From Polyangia bacterium (GTDB taxonomy: Bacteria > Myxococcota_A > Polyangia > Fen-1088): a DNA stretch of 62,597 nucleotides. Where the stretch lies: the NCBI GenBank assembly GCA_036498765.1, contig DASYEX010000349.1, positions 1 through 62,597 on the forward strand, given 5' to 3'. The notes below the pieces were generated by a model. The model did not search any database. It saw nothing but the letters and a program-made list of their open reading frames with translations, and was not told where the DNA came from. The position numbers and the translations under genes were made by a program. Below, one piece after another: positions 37,087-46,279 of this stretch (the stretch's first letter is position 1; each line of letters opens with the position of its first letter).

Positions 37087-37758
37087 CTAGTCTCCTGAGG
37101 GTGTGTCCGATGGCAGGCACAACCAGCGCTCGTCGCTCCCCGGCCGGCGCATGTGCTGGTAGCAGCGCATATAGGCGGGCGCGGCCAGGCCACTCGCGAA
37201 GGTCAGGCCAGCAAACCCGGTGAGCAGGGCCAGGTGCCGCGCCAGAACGCCGCCGCCCGCCGCGCCAAGCCGCGCGGTGGCCGCCAGCCCGCACGACACG
37301 ACCAGCGCGCTCCAGTAGTCGATGGGGAAGCGGCCTATCCAAGTACGGCCGTGCCACCAGACCTCGCCCTTCCGGAAGCGCGCCCAGCCGAAGCGCGGGT
37401 TGAGCACGAACCAGAGGAGGTCCCAGGTCACCACCCAGACCATGTACGCGGCCAGCGTGGAGGCCTCCGCCGGCCAGCTCCAGGGGACGCCGCCGAAAAA
37501 GCCGAGGTGGAAGCTCCAGAGCGGGAGCACGAACATGACGGCGTGGTAGCCGGTCAGCGGCTTGCCGCGCATGAAGAGGCCGTAGAGGCGCGCGACCGGC
37601 GTGGTGACCCGGAACCAGGTCGGCAGCCGCTCGGCCCATCCGTACGGGCCTTCGATCTCGATCTCGACGAGCGCGAACAGGAGCGCATAGCCAAACAGAA
37701 ACAGCACGCGCAGAACCAGGGCGGCGGCGGTGGGGGTCGGAGTCATCGCCGATAGCAT
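37087..37758 (-). CDS. Polytopic membrane protein of unknown function
   Basis: 223 aa with about 5-6 hydrophobic segments, Trp-rich (VTWDLLWFVLNPRFGWARFRKGEVWWHGRTW). Alternative ATG at 37746. No family recognised. Confidence 0.65.
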   Translation of the reverse strand: MLSAMTPTPTAAALVLRVLFLFGYALLFALVEIEIEGPYGWAERLPTWFRVTTPVARLYGLFMRGKPLTGYHAVMFVLPLWSFHLGFFGGVPWSWPAEASTLAAYMVWVVTWDLLWFVLNPRFGWARFRKGEVWWHGRTWIGRFPIDYWSALVVSCGLAATARLGAAGGGVLARHLALLTGFAGLTFASGLAAPAYMRCYQHMRRPGSDERWLCLPSDTPSGD

Positions 37759-37793
37759 GACGCGCCGGTGGCCCCGGAGATAGACTGCCCGGG

Positions 37794-38867
37794 ATGCGGG
37801 TCCTCTACGGGGTGGTCGGCGAAGGCATGGGACACGCGATGCGCTCGCGCGTCGTGCTCGATGAGCTCTGCAAGCGCCACGACGTCCAGGTGGTCGTTTC
37901 GGGGCGGGCGTACGACTACCTCAAACAGCGCGCCTCCGAGCACCTCGGGGTCAAGAAGATCTGGGGCTACAGCATCGTCTACGAGGACAACGAGGTTCAG
38001 AACTTCAAGACGCTGCTGGCGAACGTCAAGGGCGCCGCCAAGGGCTGGCCGGAGAACGTCCGGGCCTACTTCGAGCTCGCGGAAACGTTCCAGCCCGACG
38101 TGGTCATCTCCGATTTCGAGAGCTGGAGCTATCTCTTCGGCGTCAACCACCGGCTGCCGATCCTGTCGGTCGACAACATGCAGATCATCGACCGCTGCAC
38201 CCACGCGCCCGAGATCCTCGAGGGGTTGGGCACCGACCTTCAGCTCACCAAGGCGATCGTCAAAGCCAAGGTCGCCGGCGCCGCGCACTACTACATCACG
38301 ACGTTCTTCTATCCGCCCACACGCAAGCCGGACACCACCTTGCACCCGCCCATCCTGCGCCCCGAGATCCTGGCGGCGCGGCCCGAGCCCGGCGGGCACC
38401 TGCTCGTCTACCAGACCTCCACCTCGAACGCCGCGCTGCCGGAGATCCTGGCGCGCTCGGGGCTCGAGTGCCGCATCTACGGTTTGCGCCGCGACCTCGA
38501 GCAGGACCTGCGCGAAGGGAGCCTCACCTACCGCCCGTTCAGCGAGGCGGGCTTCATCGACGACCTGCGAACGGCCCGCGGAGTGATCGCCAGCGCCGGG
38601 TTCACCCTGATGGGCGAGGCGGTCTATCTCCGGCGCCCGATGCTGGCCATCCCCGTGAAGAAGCAGCTCGAGCAGGTCCTGAACGCGCGCTACCTGGAAA
38701 CCGAGGGCTACGGCCTGGCCGCCGACGAGATCAGCAGCGAGCGCCTCGGCGCCTTCGTCGAGCGGCTCCCCGACTTCGAACGCAAGCTCGCCGGCTACCG
38801 TCAAGACGGCAACAGCGACCTTTTGTCGGCGCTCGAACAGGGCATCGCGAGCGCGACGGCGCGCTGA
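37794..38867 (+). CDS. Glycosyltransferase, MJ1255/GT28-like (UDP-sugar dependent)
   Basis: N-terminal MRVLYGVVGEGMGHAMRSRVV is characteristic of the MJ1255-type family. C-terminal GVIASAGFTLMGEAVYLRRPMLAIP. Confidence 0.85.
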   Translation: MRVLYGVVGEGMGHAMRSRVVLDELCKRHDVQVVVSGRAYDYLKQRASEHLGVKKIWGYSIVYEDNEVQNFKTLLANVKGAAKGWPENVRAYFELAETFQPDVVISDFESWSYLFGVNHRLPILSVDNMQIIDRCTHAPEILEGLGTDLQLTKAIVKAKVAGAAHYYITTFFYPPTRKPDTTLHPPILRPEILAARPEPGGHLLVYQTSTSNAALPEILARSGLECRIYGLRRDLEQDLREGSLTYRPFSEAGFIDDLRTARGVIASAGFTLMGEAVYLRRPMLAIPVKKQLEQVLNARYLETEGYGLAADEISSERLGAFVERLPDFERKLAGYRQDGNSDLLSALEQGIASATAR

Positions 38868-38996
38868 CACCGGACCGCGCGCCGCGGTCACGATCGCGAG
38901 CTGACCCCGAGTCGCGGGGATGCCGCGCTTCGCTCACCCGTTACCAGTTGGTGGCGCCCCGACGCACGCAAGGGCGGTTCGTGGCACCGGTCACCC

Positions 38997-39011
38997 TGGC
39001 GCCATTTCTGC
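38997..39011 (+). promoter_or_regulatory. Sigma-54-like promoter candidate upstream of the di-haem cytochrome gene
   Basis: TGGCGC-CATTT-CTGC (GG-N10-GC), 50 nt upstream of ATG 39061. It shares the TTCTGC -12 region with the 22783 and 25103 elements. Confidence 0.4.
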
Positions 39012-39060
39012 AGCGCCTTCCAGGGAAAATCCCTTGGGGCCGTGAGGCGGGAGGTCAGTC

Positions 39061-40509
39061 ATGAAGGTCGGGAAGAGCGTTCGCAGGTCCTCCATCGTGA
39101 TGGGGGTCGCCGCGCTGGGGGTCGGAACCGCATGGGCGGTGGGCGGGGGCTGTAGCCCCACGACCACGACCAGCGGCAATGCCCAGCTGCAACAGAAGTC
39201 GATGAACAACGGCAATAACGGAAACAACTCGAACGGCGCCAAGGACGCGGGCGCCCCCAGCACGGCGCCCGCCAGCTCGGTAGCCCTCATCGCCCAGGGG
39301 GAACAGACGTTCCGCTTCGACACCTTCGGCGACGAGGCCTTCTGGGGCGACACCCTCAAATTGCATCAGGCGATCGAAGGTGCCGCCAACGGCGGCGTCG
39401 GCCCCGGCATCAGCCCCGCCACGGCGCTGCAGCTCGGGCTCAAGGTCGACGTCGATGCGCTGCCGGCGTCGGTGATCGACGGCCTCAAGAACGGCACCGT
39501 CGATCTGAACAATCCGGCCACCACGCTGGCCCTGCTCAAGGTGAACGCCGTGGTGGGCTTGACCGGCATCTTCGACGGGACGACCGCCTCGCCGTCCGCC
39601 AGCGGCGGCGGGATGAAGTCGATGGGGATCCAGTGCGCGCTCTGCCACTCGACGGTCGACGACTCGTTCGCGCCCGGCATCGGCCACCGCCTCGACGGCT
39701 GGCCGAACCGCGATCTAAACGTTGGGGCCATCATCGCCGCAGCGCCCGATCTGTCGGTCCCTGCCAACCTGCTGGGTGTCGACCAGGACACCGTGAGGAA
39801 GGTGGTGAACGCCTGGGGCCCCGGGAAGTTCGACGCCGAGCTGTTCATGGACGGCAAGGGCTTCCGCCCCGACGGCAAGACGGCGGGAGTGCTCATCCCG
39901 CCGGCCTTCGGTCTGGCCGGCATCAATCTGCACACCTGGACGGGCTGGGGTTCGGTCCCGTATTGGAACGCCTTCGTGGCGGTTCTCGAGATGCACGGCG
40001 TGGGGACCTTCTTCGATCCACGCCTCGACGACGCCACCCGCTTCCCGATCGCGGCCAAGAACCGCTTCGGCCACATCGCCGTCGACGAGGATCATGACCG
40101 CGTGACGCCAAAGCTGCCGGGGCTGCACCTCTACCAGATGTCGCTGCTGGCGCCGACGCCGGCGGCCGGGAGCTTCGACCCCGACGCAGCCGAGCGCGGC
40201 GACAAGCTCTTCGGCGGCAAGGCCAAGTGCACCAGCTGCCACGTCGAACCGCTCACCACCGAGCCGGGCTGGAACATGCACACCGCGGCGGAGGTGGGCG
40301 TCGACGACTTCCAGGCCTCACGCGCCCCCGACGACCGCTATCGCACGTCGCCGCTGCACGGCCTCTTCACCCACACCAAGGGCGGTTTCTATCACGATGG
40401 CCGCTTCGCCACGCTGCTGGACGTCGTCAACCACTACGACACGCTCATGTCGCTGGGGCTGAGCGACCAGGAGAAGAGCGACGTGGTCGAGTACGTGAAG
40501 TCGCTGTAG
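39061..40509 (+). CDS. Putative di-haem cytochrome c lipoprotein (peroxidase/oxidoreductase-like)
   Basis: Signal with GGGC lipobox. Two CxxCH motifs (GIQCALCHSTVDD and KCTSCHVEP) about 200 aa apart. GGGAGG RBS before the ATG. Confidence 0.8.
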   Translation: MKVGKSVRRSSIVMGVAALGVGTAWAVGGGCSPTTTTSGNAQLQQKSMNNGNNGNNSNGAKDAGAPSTAPASSVALIAQGEQTFRFDTFGDEAFWGDTLKLHQAIEGAANGGVGPGISPATALQLGLKVDVDALPASVIDGLKNGTVDLNNPATTLALLKVNAVVGLTGIFDGTTASPSASGGGMKSMGIQCALCHSTVDDSFAPGIGHRLDGWPNRDLNVGAIIAAAPDLSVPANLLGVDQDTVRKVVNAWGPGKFDAELFMDGKGFRPDGKTAGVLIPPAFGLAGINLHTWTGWGSVPYWNAFVAVLEMHGVGTFFDPRLDDATRFPIAAKNRFGHIAVDEDHDRVTPKLPGLHLYQMSLLAPTPAAGSFDPDAAERGDKLFGGKAKCTSCHVEPLTTEPGWNMHTAAEVGVDDFQASRAPDDRYRTSPLHGLFTHTKGGFYHDGRFATLLDVVNHYDTLMSLGLSDQEKSDVVEYVKSL

Positions 40510-40607
40510 CGGCACGCCCTCCTGGGCGCCTGAACAGATCGACAACGGCCCCGGCGTCAGATGACGTCGGGGCCGGTTTTCTTCGTATTTGGAACAGAGC
40601 CGTTGCG

Positions 40608-41144
40608 CTACTGCCCCATCATGCCGGGGCCGTGGTGATGGTGGAAGCCGGCCCGGGCCTGGTCGATGGCCGCGGCGGCCGCCTTGCGCTGATCGGGCGT
40701 GAGGACCTGTGCTGTCTGCACGAGCCCCTGCGTGAACGTCGACGACATCTGGTTGGCCACGCCCATCGCTTGCTGGCGCAGCGACTCGACGGCGGACGGG
40801 TCGATCGCGGCGGCGCTGAGAGCGGCGCGCATCTGTTGATGGAGCGATCGCTCCTGCTGATGGAATGACTTCAGCTGCGGGCGCAGGCCCGCCCAGATCG
40901 CCTCGATCTGGCCGCGCTGGCTGGCGGTGGCGCCGACCTTGTCGAGCAGCCGCTCGAGCCGCCGCGCGCCGAAGCCGCCCGCCGGCCCGGCGTCCGCCGC
41001 CTCGACCGTCTGCGCGCGCGCCGACGTGTAGGTTCCGCCCGCGATCCCGAGGACGGTGAGCGCGGGGATGAGCAATAGCCAGCCCCGCCGCCGCGGGCGG
41101 CTGGTGGCGAGGTGGGTTTCCTGGGTCGTGGTGTCGGTCTGCAT
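40608..41144 (-). CDS. Periplasmic Spy/CpxP-family (LTxxQ) protein with His-rich C-terminus
   Basis: Signal/TM WLLLIPALTVLGIAGG. Helical repeats with ASQRGQIEAIW and VLTPDQRKAAAAAI (LTxxQ). Tail FHHHHGPGMMGQ. Confidence 0.8.
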   Translation of the reverse strand: MQTDTTTQETHLATSRPRRRGWLLLIPALTVLGIAGGTYTSARAQTVEAADAGPAGGFGARRLERLLDKVGATASQRGQIEAIWAGLRPQLKSFHQQERSLHQQMRAALSAAAIDPSAVESLRQQAMGVANQMSSTFTQGLVQTAQVLTPDQRKAAAAAIDQARAGFHHHHGPGMMGQ

Positions 41145-41253
41145 GGGCTGTCTCCTTTTCTGCTTCCGACGGGATGACCCGCTCCCGGCGGCGAAGGTTA
41201 GCGGTCAGATCTTTTGGCCCAGCCGTGCGTCGGTACTTTCCAGGAGGCTCACA

Positions 41254-42246
41254 ATGACCAGGCGCACAATGTTCACCACGCTGCTCGGAATCGGCACCCT
41301 CTTGCTGGCCGCCGACTCATGCGCGGCGTCACCGCTCCCCGGCGGGCAGCCGCTGCGCGATCGGGTGGCCGGCTACGAGATGACGGTCCTCGTCGACGGC
41401 GTGCCGGCGCCGACCTTCGACTACGCGGGCGGGAGCTACGTGCTCGGGCAGCTGGGCGCGCGCTACACGCTGCGCGTCTCCAATCACACCGGCCGCCGGG
41501 TCGAGGCGGTCGTCTCGGTCGACGGCCGCGACGCCATCGACGGACGGCCGGCCGACTTCCGCGGCAAGCGCGGCTACCTGATCCCCGCCTGGGGGTCGGT
41601 CGACATCGACGGCTGGCGCATCTCGCGCAGCGAGGCAGCCGCCTTCCGCTTCTCGTCGGTCCCCGATTCGTACGCGGCGCGCACCGGCAACGGGCGCGAG
41701 GTCGGCGTCATCGGCGTGGCGGTCTTCCCCGAGCGCTACCTGCCGCCGCCGCCGCCCGTCTACTATCCGTACCCGCGCCGTTGGGATGATGTCCCCTACT
41801 CGGATCGTAGCTACGACTCGCTGGGCGGCGGCCCGCGCGAAAAATCGGCCGCTCCCCAGCCGGCGCCGCACGCCTCCGCGGGGGACCAGGGGACTGGCGG
41901 GCTGGGCCGCAGCGCCGGCGCGCCGCCGGCGTCCGCCGCCGCCGAAGCGCAGGCGACGCCCGCCAAACGCGCGCGCCCCGGGCTCGGCACGGAGTACGGC
42001 GAGTCGGTGAGCTCGCCGATCCACGAGGTCGAGTTCGTGCGCGCCAACGCCGCTCGCCCGGCTGCCTTCCTGGGCGCGCACTACAACGACCACGATGGCC
42101 TCCTGGCGATGGGGATCCCGATCGACACGCCGGAGACCTGCTACGACGACGCCGACCTGCGCAACACGGCCGACCCATTTCCCGCCAGCGGCGGTCGTTA
42201 CGCGGCGCCTCCTCCGGGATGGCGGCGCGCTTGCAGCTGGCGGTAG
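41254..42246 (+). CDS. Secreted protein of unknown function
   Basis: Start re-picked at MTRRTMFTTLLGIGTLLLAADSCAA, with AGGAGG 7 nt upstream. A beta-rich N-domain is followed by a Pro-rich spacer and a conserved-looking C-terminal segment. No family recognised. Confidence 0.7.
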   Translation: MTRRTMFTTLLGIGTLLLAADSCAASPLPGGQPLRDRVAGYEMTVLVDGVPAPTFDYAGGSYVLGQLGARYTLRVSNHTGRRVEAVVSVDGRDAIDGRPADFRGKRGYLIPAWGSVDIDGWRISRSEAAAFRFSSVPDSYAARTGNGREVGVIGVAVFPERYLPPPPPVYYPYPRRWDDVPYSDRSYDSLGGGPREKSAAPQPAPHASAGDQGTGGLGRSAGAPPASAAAEAQATPAKRARPGLGTEYGESVSSPIHEVEFVRANAARPAAFLGAHYNDHDGLLAMGIPIDTPETCYDDADLRNTADPFPASGGRYAAPPPGWRRACSWR

Positions 42247-42268
42247 AGACAGCGAGGATGCCGTCTCG

Positions 42269-42916
42269 GTGGACGGCGAACCCTCGGACGAACAGCTGCT
42301 GGCAGCCTATCGAGGTGGCGACGTGCGCGCGTTCGAACGACTCCTCGCCCGCTACGAGAAACCGATCTGGAGCTTCCTCCGCCGCTTCGTGCGCGACGCC
42401 GAAGCGGCGGAGGATCTGCTGCAAGAGGTGTTTCTCCGCGTCGTGCGGGACGCCCAGGAAGCAAATACGGCGACGAACGCGGGTTGGAAGGGCCACGCCA
42501 AGCTCTCGACCTGGCTCTACACGATCGCGCGGAACCTCTGCATCGACCGCGCGCGACGGAGCGCGGTTCGGGGGGCCGATTCCATCGACGGCCCGACCGA
42601 CGGGGAACCCGAGACCACGACCACCCTCCATGAGCGGATCGCGGCGCCAGGCCCGCAGACGGACGCGGTGGTGGCGGGCCGAGAGGCGGCGCGGCGGATC
42701 GATCGCGCCATTGCCGAGCTCCCTGACGACCAGCGGGAGGTGTTCCTGATGCGAGAAGTGATGGAGCTGCCGTTCGCCCAGATCGCGTCCGTGGTGGGCG
42801 CGTCGGAGCCGACGGTGAAGAGCCGGATGCGCTACGCGCTGGAGAAGCTGCGGACCGCGCTGGCCGACCTCGGCGACGCCCGACCAGGCGCAGCCGAGTC
42901 CGCGGGGTCAGGATAA
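42269..42916 (+). CDS. ECF sigma-70 factor
   Basis: LLAAYRGGDVRAFERLLARYEKPIWSFL, DLLQEVFLRV, TWLYTIARNLCIDRAR, DDQREVFLMREVMELPFAQIASVVGASEPTVKSRMRYAL. GTG start re-picked inside ORF 42095..42916. Confidence 0.88.
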   Translation: MDGEPSDEQLLAAYRGGDVRAFERLLARYEKPIWSFLRRFVRDAEAAEDLLQEVFLRVVRDAQEANTATNAGWKGHAKLSTWLYTIARNLCIDRARRSAVRGADSIDGPTDGEPETTTTLHERIAAPGPQTDAVVAGREAARRIDRAIAELPDDQREVFLMREVMELPFAQIASVVGASEPTVKSRMRYALEKLRTALADLGDARPGAAESAGSG

Positions 42917-42921
42917 GAAAG

Positions 42922-44223
42922 ATGGCGATGGGCTGCGAAGACGTCTCCGCCCGGATGGTGGAGCTCCTCTACGGCGAGGTCCCGGCGGACGAGCGCGCCA
43001 CGCTCGAGGCGCACCTCGGGGGTTGTGCGCGCTGCCAGGCGGAGCTGGCGGCGCTGCAGGCCACCCGGGCTGCTGCGCGCCGGACGCTCGATGACGACGC
43101 GCCGCCCGCGCGCGCGCACCAGGCGATCCTGCGCGCGGCGGCGGCGGCCGTCGCCGCCAGGGAACCTCAGCCGATCGCCGCGCGTCCTGCCCCGCAGCGT
43201 TCCTCGGTCTGGCAGCGGCTGCGCCTGCGCTGGACGCTGCCGACCTTCGCCACGGTTGGGGCGGTGGCGGTCGTCGTGCTGGCGAGCAAGGTGTTTCTCG
43301 AGCCCCAGAAGACGGTCGAGCTCGGACGCCAGGCCCTTCGTCCCGCGGCGGCAGAGGCTCCCGTGGTCCCGGCGGCGGCGCCCCCGCCGGAGGCGCGGAA
43401 GAGCGCGAAGGACGAGCGGCCGACCGAGGAGCGCGCGGTCGGCAAGAATGACGTCGAGGTCGCAAAGCAGCCAGCGACCGACAAGCCGCTCGCCCGATCG
43501 ACCGCGGCCCCTCCCCGCGAGCGCAAGCGCGCCGCCCCGGGCGACGCGCTCGGTGGTCTCGGCTTCGCGAAGGGCGCCGTCGTACCGACACCGAAGAAGG
43601 CGGAGGCCGCCTTCGAAGACTTTCTTGACGAGAGCGATGAAGCCGGGCCCGCTCCCAAGCCGAGCAAACGCGGATTCGCGCCGCCGCCGCCGGCCCGCGC
43701 CGCCGCTCCGAGTGCTCCGGCGCCCGCGGGCGCCGCCGGGAAGCTGAGGTTGGACGACGACGTCGTGACCAACGCGGGCCCGACGCCGGGGCGCGCCGGC
43801 AGTGGACGTCTGCAGGGCGGCTCGGGTGCGGCAGCGCCGGCGGCCCACGCCGCTGCGAAAGCGAAAAAGGCCCCGCTCCCCGAGGAGGAGCTCGCGGGCG
43901 CGCCCCCAGCGGCGACCTCTACGCCCGCGCCTGCTTCGCCTCCTCCAGCGCCCGTAGCGCCGGCGGCGGCTCGCGAAGAGGACAGGGAGTCGAGGCGGGC
44001 GGACACCACGGCGGAAGCGAAGCCGGCGGTCGAGTCGCCCGTCGCGCGCGCCGACCGCCTCTACGCCCAGGGACGATGGGTCGAGGCCGCACAGGCCTAC
44101 CGCGAGCTCCTGCGGCGGGATCCGCGCAACGCCGATGCCCCTCGCTGGCGGCAACGGCTGGGGGCCGCCGAGGCGGCGATCGCCCCCGAAGCCCCGGCGG
44201 CGGCAACAGCGCCCGCGCCGTAG
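42922..44223 (+). CDS. zf-HC2 anti-sigma factor with TM and C-terminal TPR-like segment
   Basis: N-terminal CEDVSARMVELLYGEV...EAHLGGCARCQAELAAL (H-x3-C-x2-C). TM TFATVGAVAVVVLA. Starts 6 nt after the sigma gene. Confidence 0.8.
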   Translation: MAMGCEDVSARMVELLYGEVPADERATLEAHLGGCARCQAELAALQATRAAARRTLDDDAPPARAHQAILRAAAAAVAAREPQPIAARPAPQRSSVWQRLRLRWTLPTFATVGAVAVVVLASKVFLEPQKTVELGRQALRPAAAEAPVVPAAAPPPEARKSAKDERPTEERAVGKNDVEVAKQPATDKPLARSTAAPPRERKRAAPGDALGGLGFAKGAVVPTPKKAEAAFEDFLDESDEAGPAPKPSKRGFAPPPPARAAAPSAPAPAGAAGKLRLDDDVVTNAGPTPGRAGSGRLQGGSGAAAPAAHAAAKAKKAPLPEEELAGAPPAATSTPAPASPPPAPVAPAAAREEDRESRRADTTAEAKPAVESPVARADRLYAQGRWVEAAQAYRELLRRDPRNADAPRWRQRLGAAEAAIAPEAPAAATAPAP

Positions 44224-44320
44224 GGCGCGGCGAGTGGGAGCGAGGGACGTCACCGGGCGCGGCTCGCGGCTGCCGCGCGCGACTTGTCTTCCAGCTATTG
44301 AAGCGCGAGAGTTCGCCCCG

Positions 44321-46240
44321 GTGACGACGGACAGGGAGAACGCGGAGGAGCTGCGCCTCATCGCCGACGGTGTTCCTGCCCTGCTCTCTTACGTCGACGG
44401 TGACGCGCGGTACGTCTGGTGCAACGAGAGCTACACGCGCGCGTTCGGCTACACGACGGAACAGGTCCGGGGAAAACACATCCGCGAGCTGCTCGGGGTC
44501 GCGGGCTGGGAATCGATACGCCCCCACCTCACCGGCGCGCTGGCGGGCGAGTCGGTCACGTTCGAGAATCAGGTGCGCGTCCGAGACGGATCGCTCTTCG
44601 AGGGCCACGTCTCGTTCGTCCCGCACCGCGACGTGGCCGGATCGGTTCGCGGCGTCGTCATCCTGGTGAACGACGTCACCGCTCACAAGGCTGCCGAACG
44701 TGCGCTCCGCAAGAGCGAGCAAATGCTCGAGCGTTCGCAGTCGACCGCCCACGTCGGGAGCTGGGAGGTGGAGCTGGACGACTCCGGCCAGATGCGCCCC
44801 GGCGGAGTGAAGTGGTCGGCGGAGACCTTCCGGATCTTCGGCTATGAGCCCGGTGCGCTGGAGATCGACGGTACGACCTTCCTGAGCCACATTCATCCGG
44901 ACGACCGCGCTCACGTCCGCCTGACGATCGACCGTTTCACGAAGACGGCGGAGCCTTACGAGAACGAGTACCGGATCGTTCGACCGAACGGGACGGTACG
45001 CATGCTCCACTCCTGGGTCGATCTGGAGAAGAACGCGGCTGGCAACCCGGTGCGGGTCATCGGCACCTGCCAGGACGTCACGGATGTCAAGCGGGCGGAA
45101 CAGGAGCTGCGCGAGGCGGACCGGCGCAAGGATGAATTCCTGGCGATGCTGTCGCACGAGCTGCGCAATCCGCTGGCGCCCATCTTGAGCGCCGTCGAGA
45201 TCATCGAGCAGACGGGACCCGCCGCGCGCGAGCCGCACGCCACCTACCAGGCCATCATCACCCGCCAGGTTCTGCACATGAAGCGGTTGCTCGACGACCT
45301 GCTCGACGTCGCTCGCGTCAGCCGAGGAAAGATCCGGTTGCGGCGCGAGCAGGTCGAGCTCGGGACCCTGCTGTTGCAGGCGGTCGAGGTGAGTCGGCCC
45401 ATGATCGCCGACAAGGGCCATACCCTGGAGCTCGCCCTCGGGCGCGAGCCGTTGCCCGTCGAGGCGGACAGCACGCGGATCGTCCAGGTGTTCGCCAACC
45501 TCATCAACAATGCCGCCAAGTACACCGATGCGGGCGGCCACATCAGGCTCGGCGCTCGGGTCGAGCGCGGGCAGGCCGTCGTCTCCGTGCGCGACGACGG
45601 GACCGGCATGGGTGCCGACCTGCTCGCGCGCGCCTTCGATCTCTTCGTGCAGCAGACCCAGTCGTTCGACCGCGCGCAGGGCGGCCTGGGCATCGGCCTC
45701 ACGATGGTGCGGACCCTGGTGAAGATGCACGGCGGATCGGTGGAGGCTTTCAGCGAGGGTCCGGGACGTGGCAGCGAATTCGTCGTTCGGCTGCCCCTCT
45801 CCCCCGCCGCGCAGACGGCACCACCACCGCCCCTCCCCAGCGGCGGTGCGACTGCCGCGCCGCTGCGCGTCCTGGTGGTCGACGACAACGTCGACGCCGC
45901 GCGTACGCTGGAGCAGGTCCTGGCGCTGGCCGGTCACCGCGTGTCGCTGGCCCACGACGGCCCTGGCGCGCTGGCAGCGGCGAACGCCCTGCGACCACAG
46001 TTGGTGCTGCTCGATCTCGGACTGCCGGGAATGGACGGCTACGCCGTGGCTGCCAAGTTGCGCGCGGCCGGACACGACCGGGCGGCGATGGTGGCGGTCA
46101 CCGGCTATGGCCAGGATGACGATCTCCGCCGCTCGAAGGCCGCGGGGTTCGATCGCCATCTGGTCAAACCGCTCGACGGCGCCGGCCTCCGGAAGCTCCT
46201 CGCCGAGGTGGCCCAGCGATTCGGGCCCGAACCGGCGTGA
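44321..46240 (+). CDS. Hybrid sensor histidine kinase (PAS-PAS-HisKA-HATPase-REC)
   Basis: PAS strings YVWCNESYTRAFGY and YRIVRPNGTVRMLHSW. H-box FLAMLSHELRNPLAPI. NLINNAAKYT, DDGTGM, GLGIGLTMV. REC VLVVDDNVDAA...VLLDLGLPGMDGY...HLVKP. GTG start re-picked inside ORF 44135..46240. Confidence 0.9.
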   Translation: MTTDRENAEELRLIADGVPALLSYVDGDARYVWCNESYTRAFGYTTEQVRGKHIRELLGVAGWESIRPHLTGALAGESVTFENQVRVRDGSLFEGHVSFVPHRDVAGSVRGVVILVNDVTAHKAAERALRKSEQMLERSQSTAHVGSWEVELDDSGQMRPGGVKWSAETFRIFGYEPGALEIDGTTFLSHIHPDDRAHVRLTIDRFTKTAEPYENEYRIVRPNGTVRMLHSWVDLEKNAAGNPVRVIGTCQDVTDVKRAEQELREADRRKDEFLAMLSHELRNPLAPILSAVEIIEQTGPAAREPHATYQAIITRQVLHMKRLLDDLLDVARVSRGKIRLRREQVELGTLLLQAVEVSRPMIADKGHTLELALGREPLPVEADSTRIVQVFANLINNAAKYTDAGGHIRLGARVERGQAVVSVRDDGTGMGADLLARAFDLFVQQTQSFDRAQGGLGIGLTMVRTLVKMHGGSVEAFSEGPGRGSEFVVRLPLSPAAQTAPPPPLPSGGATAAPLRVLVVDDNVDAARTLEQVLALAGHRVSLAHDGPGALAAANALRPQLVLLDLGLPGMDGYAVAAKLRAAGHDRAAMVAVTGYGQDDDLRRSKAAGFDRHLVKPLDGAGLRKLLAEVAQRFGPEPA

Positions 46241-46279
46241 GCGCTCTCGCGGTCCTGTAGCAGGGGGGGGCCCGACCGA

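Noticed and set aside
38982-38996. Exact TGGCAC hexamer 15 nt upstream of the reported 38997 element, considered as an alternative -24 box.
   Set aside because: The position 10 nt after its GG is CC, not GC (TGGCAC-CGGTC-ACCC), so it lacks a -12 element.
41215-41228. TGGCCC-AGCCG-TGC upstream of 41254, considered as a sigma-54 promoter.
   Set aside because: The GG to GC spacing is 9 nt, not 10, and it lies only ~26 nt from the start codon, overlapping the RBS region.
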